Assembly (NCBI GenBank): GCA_002269645.1
Contig: NIVC01002677.1
Span: forward strand, 62,001 to 126,000
Length of the DNA stretch: 64,000 nt
From: Macrostomum lignano
Lineage: Eukaryota
Reading direction: 5' to 3'
Position 1 is the first letter of the stretch. Each line of letters begins with the position of its first letter. A model generated the notes under the pieces. The model was not told the DNA's origin and did no database searches. It worked only from the letters and a program-made list of their open reading frames with translations. Shown piece by piece: positions 1-11,800 of the stretch. The position numbers were made by a program, and so were the translations under genes.

Positions 1-1820
1 ACAATTTATGGAACTTCATAAATTTAGTTTAAAAAAACAAAACTGGCTATAAAAAATGTATGCTCTTTCGTAATTTTTACCCCTTCCCCCAGTGTCACGA
101 AAAAAGAAAATAGATAAAGAGTTTACCTTAAAAATGGGCTGGGATGTTACGCGTAGAATTCTTTTACCGATCTGTTACAGGAGATCCGTGGTTAATTTAG
201 AAGATTTTAATTGAGGACTATTAATTAGAAGATAGTATCACAACAAGGACTACTTAAGAAACAGTTGTTAAGTAGTCCTTGTATCACAATTGCATCAATC
301 AGAGGGAGAAACGCAAAGCTCACATTTTATATCAATTTTCGTTTCAATGCATTGAGAAGTTGTCGTAGCAGTATCTTTGAAGCTTTAACGATCAGTTGAT
401 TTTATTCCCGGAACAACGGGAATCGATGCTATCGACATATATGAAAAACAGGGCCACACATGCATTTTACCATACCTATATATTCAGAATTGCATTGCAT
501 AATTTATATAATATACAATAACACGTACATTACTCTTGTGTTATGGATGTGCAATGCAGCCGCAGTAAATACGAACGTATGCTGAGTTGGACAAGTCAAC
601 ATGTAACGGTTAATGATTATAAACAAAAATAAACATATACATGTAGAGCTTGAAAAACTGGAACTAGATCAAATCAAATCCTTTGAAGTGGAGAGATCCA
701 CCCTTAGTTAAGTTAATTGGTTTTATGTTATAATTAGAAAATATTCATCTTCTCTGAGTGTATAACAGTCGCATTAGCATGATCTTTCAAAGCCTTACCA
801 TTGCTTGTCACACGTAACTATCGCTGGTATAGGTAGCAGGATCTCAGACAGTATAAAATCATGTGGGTTTAAAGTCACTACTGACATAATTTGATTAACA
901 TACGCATAAAGTGGCAAAATACGAACGCATGAGTGCTAGGCGTGCAGGATACAACAGGAAGTGCTGGATCCTGTACCCATGACTCATTAGGCAGTTTAAT
1001 ATTGAGGCTGGGAGGAAGCAGAAATGAAATACGATGCCAATCAAGCCAAATCCATGCCATACATGAATCTAAATTAACCTGCTTTAATTACATGTATGCT
1101 GGAGGTGTAAGCCGCAGAAGCCCCCTGCAGAATCCATTAATACATGCAATTACAGAACCACAGATACTATATAACATATAAACTATATAGCATATTATAT
1201 AGTATCTGTGTACAGAACTGATCTTACCCTCACAGAAGCATGCAGTCATTTCTCACTTAGCTTTTAGACTCCTGTAATTGTCAGGAAGTGTCCTTATCGA
1301 GTTATTTCATTGGAAATATTCAATTTTCATCAAGAAGAATTTAAAGTGCATCCGGAATTTAAAGTGCATCCGGAGCAATTATACAATAATATTTTGCATA
1401 CAATACAACTATCGCAAGAGGCCAGGCAAGGCGCAAAGTTCAGCTGCAGCAGATTAATAAATATATTCGTTGGCTTCATCTGAACTCCCAGAAGGCTCTC
1501 TACTGAGTAACCATGCACCGAAAAGTGCATATATGCTACTCTCAAATTCCATAAGACGGTCCATATTTTCTACGAGTCAAGCTCTGGCTGATATTCAATC
1601 AATGAAATGCATCGATAAAGCGCCAGAGCCTTGTCTGCATTCGGGAGTCGGGTGCCGAATCCCTGTGCACTCATCCATTATCTGCAGACACAAATATCCC
1701 TGTGTCAATAGAGAGCTAGTAGTAGAGGAAATTCCGTGTGGTCTAGTGAGAGTACATAGGCCGCGTGTGTTTGCAGGCAGGGGCGGGACTCCACGGAAAT
1801 TCCGTGTGTGAAGATTTTAA

Positions 1821-3300
<1,480 letters not shown>

Positions 3301-4659
3301 AGATGAGGCACTTTGAAGGATACTTTTTAATTCTATACTATTCCCTTACCTAAGTTATATTTGCAGCATATCAGCATTTCACAAAAAGATGAGTAGTGGC
3401 GTAAAGGACAACTGTAGTATAACTGGACGGATAACTCAACGATCATGTGATTTTTTTGGAGGCCGATTTCCTGGGAAAATACACGGCGGATACAGGAAAG
3501 AATCGTTTTGTTTTTCATCACAACATCAATAACTGCATTTGATCTGGGCCAGTGAAGATTATCATTCTTTTTATTTACCGTACAATGGAATCTAACAGAC
3601 AGCTGATACTGAGTTGAGCAGTTTAAAAGTGCATCTGCAACAGGGTTTTCCTACCTACATCAAGATAGCTTTGAGACCCAATGATCCGGTTGTTTTCGAT
3701 GACTTTAATAAAGGAAACTTCAAATTCAGAGTTAGATAGACAGATAGATGGGTAGGTAGGCAGGCAGGTAGACAGATATTACTTCGAGTTAAAAGCTAAT
3801 AAAGTGCCAGCCGCAAGGAGCTGTCACTCACATCGCCAGCAGATGCTTCAACCTTCTTGAGCGCCCAGCCTCTCTCCCCCCCCCCCGTATATTGAACAGC
3901 GTCACCCGCTTCACTTCAAGCAGCCGCTTCCTGCTTCCCGCAGGCACAATGGCCGGCAGGAAATTGGCTTCGTGAATAGCGGCATCGGTCCCGAAGAAGC
4001 AGCGGCTCTATAAATTTGACTGATGGGACGATGAGCATTGTGGAGCATGCGAGAGCGGAAAAAACTTTCCAAAGGAAATTCTGTAACTAATATACTGCAG
4101 TCTATTTTTATCCTCAGAATCTATATTTAGCATCCAGTAGAAAATACATGTATACTCCGAAAAACTATGAGTTGCGCAGTCAAATATGGTGAGCGACCGG
4201 ATTAAACAAGCTGAGTCAGAGACCGGCTTTCTATGCGTCGAGATGTTTGCCTGTCAAAAATTGAAGCAGAAATCTGAGTTTGAAAAGGCTACTCTTTTAT
4301 CGAACTAGGAATTGGCGTCACACGACCCGGATAAGAATGCTCGCCTGATGAAGCCGAAACTCTGCTCAGGCTTTGGGTAGCTGCTGCATGGGGGTGGGAG
4401 AGGAAGTGCAGACCGCTGGTCGAGTTGGGAGTCGAAATTGGGATTTCTTAGAGATTGCCAATAGCGGAAGACGGGGAGCTGACCAAGTCCTGAGGTTCAA
4501 GAGTTTGAGCTGTGAGCTGTGTGGAACAGAAACTCAGCCATTAGATTTGATATTGCTTCTCTAATTGGAGATTGGAGAAAGTTTTTTGCTTTGATAAGCG
4601 ACTGGTATATGAGGTCGGAGACTCTAGACTGGAGATAAAGAGACAAGACATGAGGGGAG

Positions 4660-5465
4660 ATGAGCTGGGAAGAGAGGGAGATTGGGTTGAATGAGGGTGA
4701 CTGGGATGAAGAGGGGGGAGATTGGGGTGAAAAAGGGAGGGATTGGGTGAAGAGGAAGAGATTAGGTGAAGAGAAGGAGATTAGAGGGAAGAGGGAGATT
4801 GGGGTGACTAAGTGGAGATTGGGGTGAAGCGGGGGGAATCGGATTGAATAAAGGGAGATTGGAGTGAATAAGGGAAGATTGGGGTGAAGGGGGGGAGATT
4901 GGGTGAAGAGGGGAGATTGGAGTGAAAAGGGGAGATTGGGGTGAAGAGGGAGAGATTGGGTGAAGAGAAGGAGATTAGAGGGAAGAGGGAGATTGGGGTG
5001 ACTAAGTGGAGATTGGGGTGAATAAAAGGAGATTGGGGTGAAGAGGGGGAATCGGATTGAATAAAGGGAGATTGGAGTGAATAAGGGAAGATTGAGGTGA
5101 AGAGGGGGAGATTGTGGGTGAAGAGGTTAAGATTGGGGTGAAGGGGAGACATTGGGGTGAAGAGGGAGAGATTGGATTGAATAAAGGGAGATTGGGGTGA
5201 ATAAGGGGAGATTGGGGTGAATAAGGGGAGATTGGGGTGAATAAGGGGAGATTGGGGTGAATAAGGGGAGATTGGGGTGAAGAGGGAGAGATTGGATTGA
5301 ATAAAGGGAGATTGGGGTGAATAAGGGGAGATTGGGGTGAATAAGGGGAGATTGGGGTGAAGAGGGAAAGATTGGGGTGAAGAAGGGAAGATTAGGGTGA
5401 AGAGGGGGAGATTGAGGTGAAGAAGGGAAGATTGGGGTGAAGAGGGAAAGATTGGGGTGAAGGTT
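4660..5465. repeat. Purine/G-rich minisatellite (GGGAGATTGGGGTGAA-type, ~20-bp unit)
   Basis: Tandem units visible; strong purine strand bias. Confidence 0.9.
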
Positions 5466-6152
5466 AGCGGTGGTACGGAGGTCAGCCGGGACGTCAGTAG
5501 AAGACCTCAGGAACAGTCTAAGAGCTACCAGCTTAGCAGATATTTGGCCAACGCTCAAAGATGAGATTAAACGCTGCTTATCAAAAATACGGGCCGCCAT
5601 CTGTCGGGCTGATTCGGATTGAGACGAAAAATAATTCATATTCAGCTCACGGCAGTTTATTCAGATCAATATGGCGTAATTAAAATATAGGTATACTCAT
5701 TTCGATTGAATTTCGACAGCTTCGTCCCACGAGATTGCAAGATTTTAATCCCATTTGGTAGGTAGCAGCAGATAAATATGTGACTTCGAGCTGCGCGGAT
5801 AATCCCAGATATTACTCCCCATATTGCTCCCAATACTCTAAATATTCCTCTCAATATTACTTTAAATATTGCTCTCAATCTGAAAATCACTCTCAATCAG
5901 TCAGTGTTTCTGGAATGAGTAAAAAAATACACTTTTAAAACCTGAACGGACTGAGCTGCTCTACCATCATCCCCCAGATCCTTGGTAGCAACCTGAGAAA
6001 CAGATAAACAAAAATATGCGCGATATTTTAACCAAATTGCAATCATTTTAAACAAAAAGATCATACACTGAGTCGTGTTCAAACTGATAATGTAAAACTA
6101 TTCCCATTTGGATATGAAAGAACTGTCTGAGAACTGCAGCTCCTTCACTCTG

Positions 6153-6325
6153 ATTGGCTGAGGGCGGACCCCACTCCCATTCTTCCAACTCAAAGCTTTT
6201 AAAGCGGCCGCTCCGTGGGAGTTTCTGTCGCGATCACCGCAGCACAAGTTGTCGAACAAAAATCCGCAGATCCTGGGAAGCGCCTTTGCTATAACTCATC
6301 TGAGCCTATCAAATATAAGGTGAGT
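6153..6325 (+). promoter_or_regulatory. Putative promoter and non-coding first exon of NPF1
   Basis: ATTGG (reverse CCAAT) at 6153-6157, GGGCGG at 6162-6167 and a strong AAG|GTGAGT donor at 6320. A matching acceptor TTTCTCAG|7009 lies 14 nt before the ATG at 7023. Confidence 0.5.
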
Positions 6326-6649
6326 ACTGGAAATTCGATTTCAATTCTCCAAATTTTCCAACTCAGAAGCCATGCGTGCGGGGTCGAGAATTCCTTGGGG
6401 GGGGGGAGGTAGAGAGCAGAGTTGCCTGTCACGATAGTGTGCTGGCTTGATTGCTGCATTAATATAGATAGGTCTGACTGGGGTGAGCAGGCTGGCTCCA
6501 GCCATAGCAGTTTCAGCAGGGAATCAGTGCTTTAGTGAGACAGACTTTCTACAGAGATTCAATATGGCTACGAGCTCAATAAATTCGTATAAAACTAGGA
6601 ATCGAATATCTTAGATTTGGAATTGGGAATGAGTGATATGTTTCCGGAT

Positions 6650-6900
6650 CTGGGGTTTTGGATCTGGGGTTTCGGGTCTGGGAGTTGGGACCTGGGATTG
6701 GGGACCTGGGATTTGGGATCTGGGAGTTAGGACCTGGGATTGGGGACCTGGGATTTGGGATCTGGGATTTGGGATCTGGGATTTGTGATTTGAGATTTCG
6801 GATTTGAGATTTCGGAACTGGGATTTCGGACCAGGGATGTGGGACCTGGGATCTGGGATCAGGGAGTTTGGATTTCAGATCTGGGATCCTAGATCTGGAT
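6650..6900. repeat. GGATCTGGG/GGATTTGGG-type degenerate repeat in the putative NPF1 5'UTR intron
   Basis: Directly visible. Confidence 0.8.
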
Positions 6901-7022
6901 CTTTAATTTCAACAAGTTTGAGTTGAGGTCTAATTGTCAATGTAATTTCTGACTGGTACACTTCACTAATGAGATTTAGCTTCAAGCACTTTCGTGCGCC
7001 TTTCTCAGAGCCACCGTCGAAG

Positions 7023-7725
7023 ATGCAGCATCTTGCCACTTGCGGCCGGCCATTGCTGGACAAGGGATCGCGGGGTTCAACGGTTCCGCCGAGGCAGCTG
7101 ACGCTGGCGCCGCTCGTGCTGGCGCTGCTGCTGGCGCTGCTGCTGGTGGCGCCGGCGCCCGCAGCCGCGTTCCGGGTGGCGGGCCTCTCCGACTCCGCCG
7201 CCATCGAGAAGCGGCAGCTGGTCAAGCCACAGATGCCGGAGCGGTTCAACTCGGAGGAGGAGCTCAAGATCTACATGCAGCAGCTGGAGGCCTACTACAA
7301 GCTGCTGGCCAGGCAGCGGTGAGTCAGGCAGTCAGTCAGTCAGTCAGTCAGTCAGTCAGTCAGTCAGTCAGTCAGTCAGTCAGTCAGTCAGTCAGTCAGT
7401 CAGTCAGTCAGTCAGTCAGTCAGTCAGTCAGTCAGTCAGTCAGTCAGTCAGTCAGTCAGTCAGTCAGTCAGTCAGTCAGTCAGTCAGTCAGTCAGTCAGT
7501 CAGTCAGTCAGTCAGTCAGTCAGGCAGTCAGTCAGTCATTCAGTCAGTCAGTCAGTCAGTCAGTCAGTCAGTCAGTCAGTCAGTCAGTCAGTCAGTCAGT
7601 CAGTCAGTCAGTCAGTCAGTCAGTCAGTCAGTCAGTCAGTCAGTCAGCCATTAAATTTCAGTTTCGGCAAGCGCTCTGACCCCGAAGTCTGGCAGGACGT
7701 TGACAGGGACGCCCTGTACTACTAA
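7023..7725 (+). CDS. NPF: Neuropeptide Y/F precursor 1 (2 coding exons: 7023-7318, 7662-7725)
   Basis: Hydrophobic signal segment, then KR, then QLVKPQMPERFNSEEELKIYMQQLEAYYKLLARQR. A GT donor at 7319 splits the Arg codon (CG|T) and the acceptor is TTTCAG|7662. Exon 2 reads F-G-K-R-SDPEVWQDVDRDALYY*. The predicted mature 36-mer has the NPY hallmarks P5, P8, Y20, L24, Y27, L30, R33, R35 and a GKR amidation signal. The phase-2 intron in Arg35 is the position known from NPY/NPF genes. Confidence 0.93.
7328..7646. repeat. (CAGT)n tetranucleotide microsatellite filling the NPF1 coding intron
   Basis: About 80 units, nearly pure. Confidence 0.97.
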
Positions 7726-8217
7726 GAGAGACTCGATTCCTCTTCTCAACTCTGTGCAAACTACTCTCAATAGTAGAAATTGAATGCTGCTATTCGAATT
7801 CCAGTTAACAGCAAAAATAAATGCCGCGAATCTGTCGCATATCGCGGTTGCTAATCGATTGATTAGCCGCTGCGGGCGGTTAAGAGACTAGAGCTTATCA
7901 ACTGCCGGTCTGTTTTCCTTTTGATGATTTATTTAGCCTTTAATTCGAGCCATTCAAGCTTGGTTGGTTGGTTGGTTGGTTGGATGGCCAACGCAAATGG
8001 ACACCGCCTGCAGACCTGCCGACCAAACTGCACAAGCCCATTTTAATTAGTTTCACGCTGTGATGGAAGCAAACAGTTAAAAATTAAAACACAAACGATT
8101 TACTGCCTACTTTTAGTATTATATTGGGCTAACCAATGATGAAAGTTAAGAAAAAATGATTAATACATGCAGCTGCTTTACACATGCTTGACCGACCGTT
8201 GCCAGATCTAACCAAGC

Positions 8218-8240
8218 TTGATTGATTGATTGATTGATTG

Positions 8241-8314
<74 letters not shown>

Positions 8315-8450
8315 CGATTGATTGATTGATTGATTGATTGAATGATTGATTGATTGATTGATTGATTGAATTATTGATTGATTGATTGATTGATTGATTT
8401 ATTGATTTATTTATTTATTTATTTATTGACTGATTGATTGATTGATTGAT
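8218..8450. repeat. (GATT)n microsatellite between the NPF paralogues
   Basis: Directly visible. Confidence 0.95.
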
Positions 8451-8824
8451 TTCGTCGTAGGAGACATCTCGCACACTCTTATCAAAGGTTGTCAATCAAT
8501 TCACTAGGAGGCTGTATTTATTGATGGGCTGCCATAGCAAAAGAATAAGAGTATATAATTAGTTCGTTCAACCAGGAGTCAGGTATTTCCTAATCTGGCA
8601 GCATTATCCACTGGACCAATCATCTATTCGATTGAATCCGAAAGGCAGAATACATAACCAGCAGAACAGTGCAGTCAGGGCTGCACAGGTGCCATTTGTG
8701 ACTGACAGAGCCGCTGAGCAATGGATGCTGGGCAATAAACAATGCAAGGCAGGTTGCTATTGGCGCGCCTTTGCCCCGCTCAAGCCGTGCGGAAACGCTC
8801 AACTCTCCGTTCGATCGATTTCAG

Positions 8825-9144
8825 ATTGGCTGCTGCTGCAAATCTCCCATCCCACTCCCTGATATCCCCTATTTTGGGCTTCTCACCGCATTTAGCTCCC
8901 CTCCCCGCGGGCCGCCCACCGCCTTGTTGTTTCGTCCCTTATAAATCCGACACGATCGAAGCCCGTCAGCCGTTGCCTGTCAGAACTGTTGAAACACAGC
9001 TAACCCTTCCGGACAAATATTGCTTGCTCTCGAGACAGCTGGCTGCCGTTCTAAGCAGTAGAAAAACAGGTAAAGCTGATGTTCACCTTCTCATATTATT
9101 TAAGTTTCCGGAAACCGAAACCGAAAATCGACCCCCCCCCGCAG
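8825..9144 (+). promoter_or_regulatory. Putative promoter, non-coding exon and 5'UTR intron of NPF2
   Basis: ATTGG at 8825-8829, TATAAAT at 8940-8946, donor CAG|GTAAAG at 9070, acceptor CCCCGCAG|9145 and ATG at 9157. Confidence 0.55.
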
Positions 9145-9156
9145 TGAGACTCCGTC

Positions 9157-9652
9157 ATGCCGATCAGCAGTACCATGAAGTCGACAGCGCCCGTCTGCCA
9201 CCCGCGCCTACTCGTGTGGGTCGCCTTCGCCGCCTTGGTGGCCGCCACCGCCTCCGCTGCCGCCGCCGCGACCGGCTCTGCCGACCTGCCCTTTGAAGTC
9301 GCCGACGCAGCCGGTGCCGCTTTTGAAAAGCGTCAGATCCAGCCGCCTGCTAAGCCGGACCGGTTCACCACCGTGGAGCAGTTTGACACCTACATGAAGC
9401 AGCTGGAGGCTTATCTAAAGCTTATCGGCCGGCAGAGGTGCGGCATAATTTATTGCACCTGCCTTATCTGATCTAATTAACCTCAGGTCCAGAGTATCAA
9501 TAATTGCTTGATAATTACAGCGCCCCAATCCAACCTCCCTTGACCGCCGCAGATTTGGCAAGCGCTCCGTCTGGCACCGCTACTCCCGACTGCGCAGGAA
9601 CCCCTGGTGGGTTCTGGGAGACTCCAGCTCGAGCGCTGACTACCTTGGATAG
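9157..9652 (+). CDS. NPF: Neuropeptide Y/F precursor 2, tandem paralogue (coding exons 9157-9437, 9553-9652)
   Basis: Signal peptide, KR, then QIQPPAKPDRFTTVEQFDTYMKQLEAYLKLIGRQR. The GT donor at 9438 splits AG|A and the acceptor is CCGCAG|9553. Exon 2 reads FGKR-SVWHRYSRLRRNPWWVLGDSSSSADYLG*. Same 36-aa length and intron phase as copy 1. Confidence 0.93.
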
Positions 9653-9917
9653 CCGGGAGTTGACTCAAGAAACTTTTCTGTCTCAAACAGCTCGGGACTC
9701 ACTTAATTATTAGCAGAATTCAATTTCAAACTGGCAGTTCAAAGCAAATAAATATTGGATGAGATTAATCTTCTGTCAGCGGCGCATTATTTGACTAGCT
9801 CACTGCAAACTGAAGATGTGTTCTGTCTTGTTTGTTACTACGGAATCGCATAAGGTCTCATGATGGAAGACGTGAAACTGAAATCTAAAGACTAAGTCTT
9901 TTTTCCATCTGACAAAG

Positions 9918-10698
9918 GATGAGACCGAGTTGAAATCTCACCCTGCAGGGGATGAGACCGAGTTGAAATCTCACCTGACAGGGGGTGAGACTGAATTGAA
10001 ATCTCACCTGCAGGGGGGTGCGACCGAGTTGAAATCTCACCTGATAGGGGGTGAGACTGAATTGAAATCTCACCCTGCAGGGGATGAGACCGAGTTGAAA
10101 TCTCACCTGATAGGGGGTGAGACTGAATTGAAATCTCACCTGACAGGGGATGAGACTGAATTGAAATCTCACCTGACAGGGGGTGAGACTGAATTGAAAT
10201 CTCACCTGCAGGGGGGTGCGACCGAGTTGAAATCTCACCTGATAGGGGGTGAGACTGAATTGAAATCTCACCTGCAGGGGGTGAGACTGAATTGAAATCT
10301 CACCTGCAGGGGATGAGACCGAGTTGAAATCTCACCTGACAGGGGGTGAGACCGATTTGAAATCTCACCTGACAGGGGTGAGACTGAATTGAAATCTCAC
10401 CTGCAGGGGAGTGAGACCGAGTTGAAATCTCACCTGACAGGGGGTGAGACCAAGTTGAAATCTCACCCTGCAGGGGGTGAGACTGAATTGAAATCTCACC
10501 CTGCAGGGGAGTGAGACCGAGTTTAAATCTCACCCTGCAGGGGGGTGAGACCGAGTTGAAATCTCACATGACAGGGGATGAGACTGAGTTGAAATCTCAC
10601 ATGACAGGGGATGAGACTGAGTTGAAATCTCACATGACAGGGGATGAGACCGAGTTTATTTATCCCCCTTACAGGGATGAGACCGGATTGAAATCTCA
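9918..10698. repeat. ~33-bp minisatellite GGTGAGACTGAATTGAAATCTCACCTG(A/C)(C)AGGG with internal dyad symmetry
   Basis: About 23 head-to-tail units with no unique spacers. Confidence 0.93.
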
Positions 10699-11417
10699 AT
10701 TGAATTTCATCGAATGCCCAAAGACTTAGAAGCTGTTCTCACATGATGACCTTCAAAGGTGATCTCAGCCGGCGCATAAGCCACCTGTTGAAACGCAATT
10801 TCAGAGAGCCACCACTGGGCTCAGAACGGGGGTGTGGCTGTAATTTTCAGCGCCTGTTTGTCGCCGGCAGCAGCCAAATTTGTCGGCAACTCTGCAGACT
10901 TGCCGACTGCGTCGCAAGCTCGCTGGAAACTTCCCGGATATTTTTTCACCACCGCTTAGATCCATTGTTCCTCTCAATAGGTTGTTTTTCATATATTTGC
11001 GCAGTCAATAGCCTGCCCTGGGTAATATCCGGCTCTGGGAACTGGAAAATTAAGCATTGTTAAGCGCTAACCAAAATGGCACGTTCTTCCCTATCCGGTC
11101 CCTGCTTCCCAGCTCCATTTGACCCCGTATGACTGCAGACTGTAGCGATCCAACATGCTAGAGGAAACTATTTGCACAGCCTTTATTCGATTTTTAAACT
11201 TGTGCATAAAACGTTGTTTCCCGCCGTGGGTGCTTGTAGTTGTTTACCATTAGGCATCCAGACTTGCAACTGTTCGTGTTTGGGGAAGGTGCAAGTAAAT
11301 GAATGAATGAAAGTTGCTTGTATTTTTACCATTCGAATATAAAAACAAATTGTATTGTTGCCTGCGCATTTAAATCATTGTGATTTCTATGCCAGTGCGC
11401 GCTTATTTAGCCCTCCC

Positions 11418-11452
<35 letters not shown>

Positions 11453-11594
11453 AAACAACAACAACAACAGCAACAACAAAAACAAAAACAACAACAACAG
11501 CAACAACAAAAACAACAACAACAACAATAGCAGGAACAACAACAACAACAACAACAACAGCAACAACAAAAACAACAACAACAACAATAGCAAG

Positions 11595-11628
<34 letters not shown>

Positions 11629-11800
11629 GCAACAACAAAAACAACAACAACAACAACAACAACAACAGCAACAACAAAAGCAACAACAACAACAACAGCA
11701 ACAACAAAAACAACAACAACAACAACAACAACAACAGCAACAACAAAAACAACAACAACAACAACAGCAACAACAAAAACAATAACAGCTACAAAAAACA
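11418..11800. repeat. (AAC)n trinucleotide microsatellite
   Basis: Directly visible. Confidence 0.97.

Noticed and set aside
8461-8524. Alternative second exon for NPF1 after (GATT)n
   Set aside because: It gives RRHLAH... with no amidation signal; the 7662 exon gives the expected FGKR.
9918-10698. CRISPR-like array (33-bp palindromic repeats)
   Set aside because: Units are contiguous with no unique spacers, there are no cas genes, and the context is eukaryotic and spliced.
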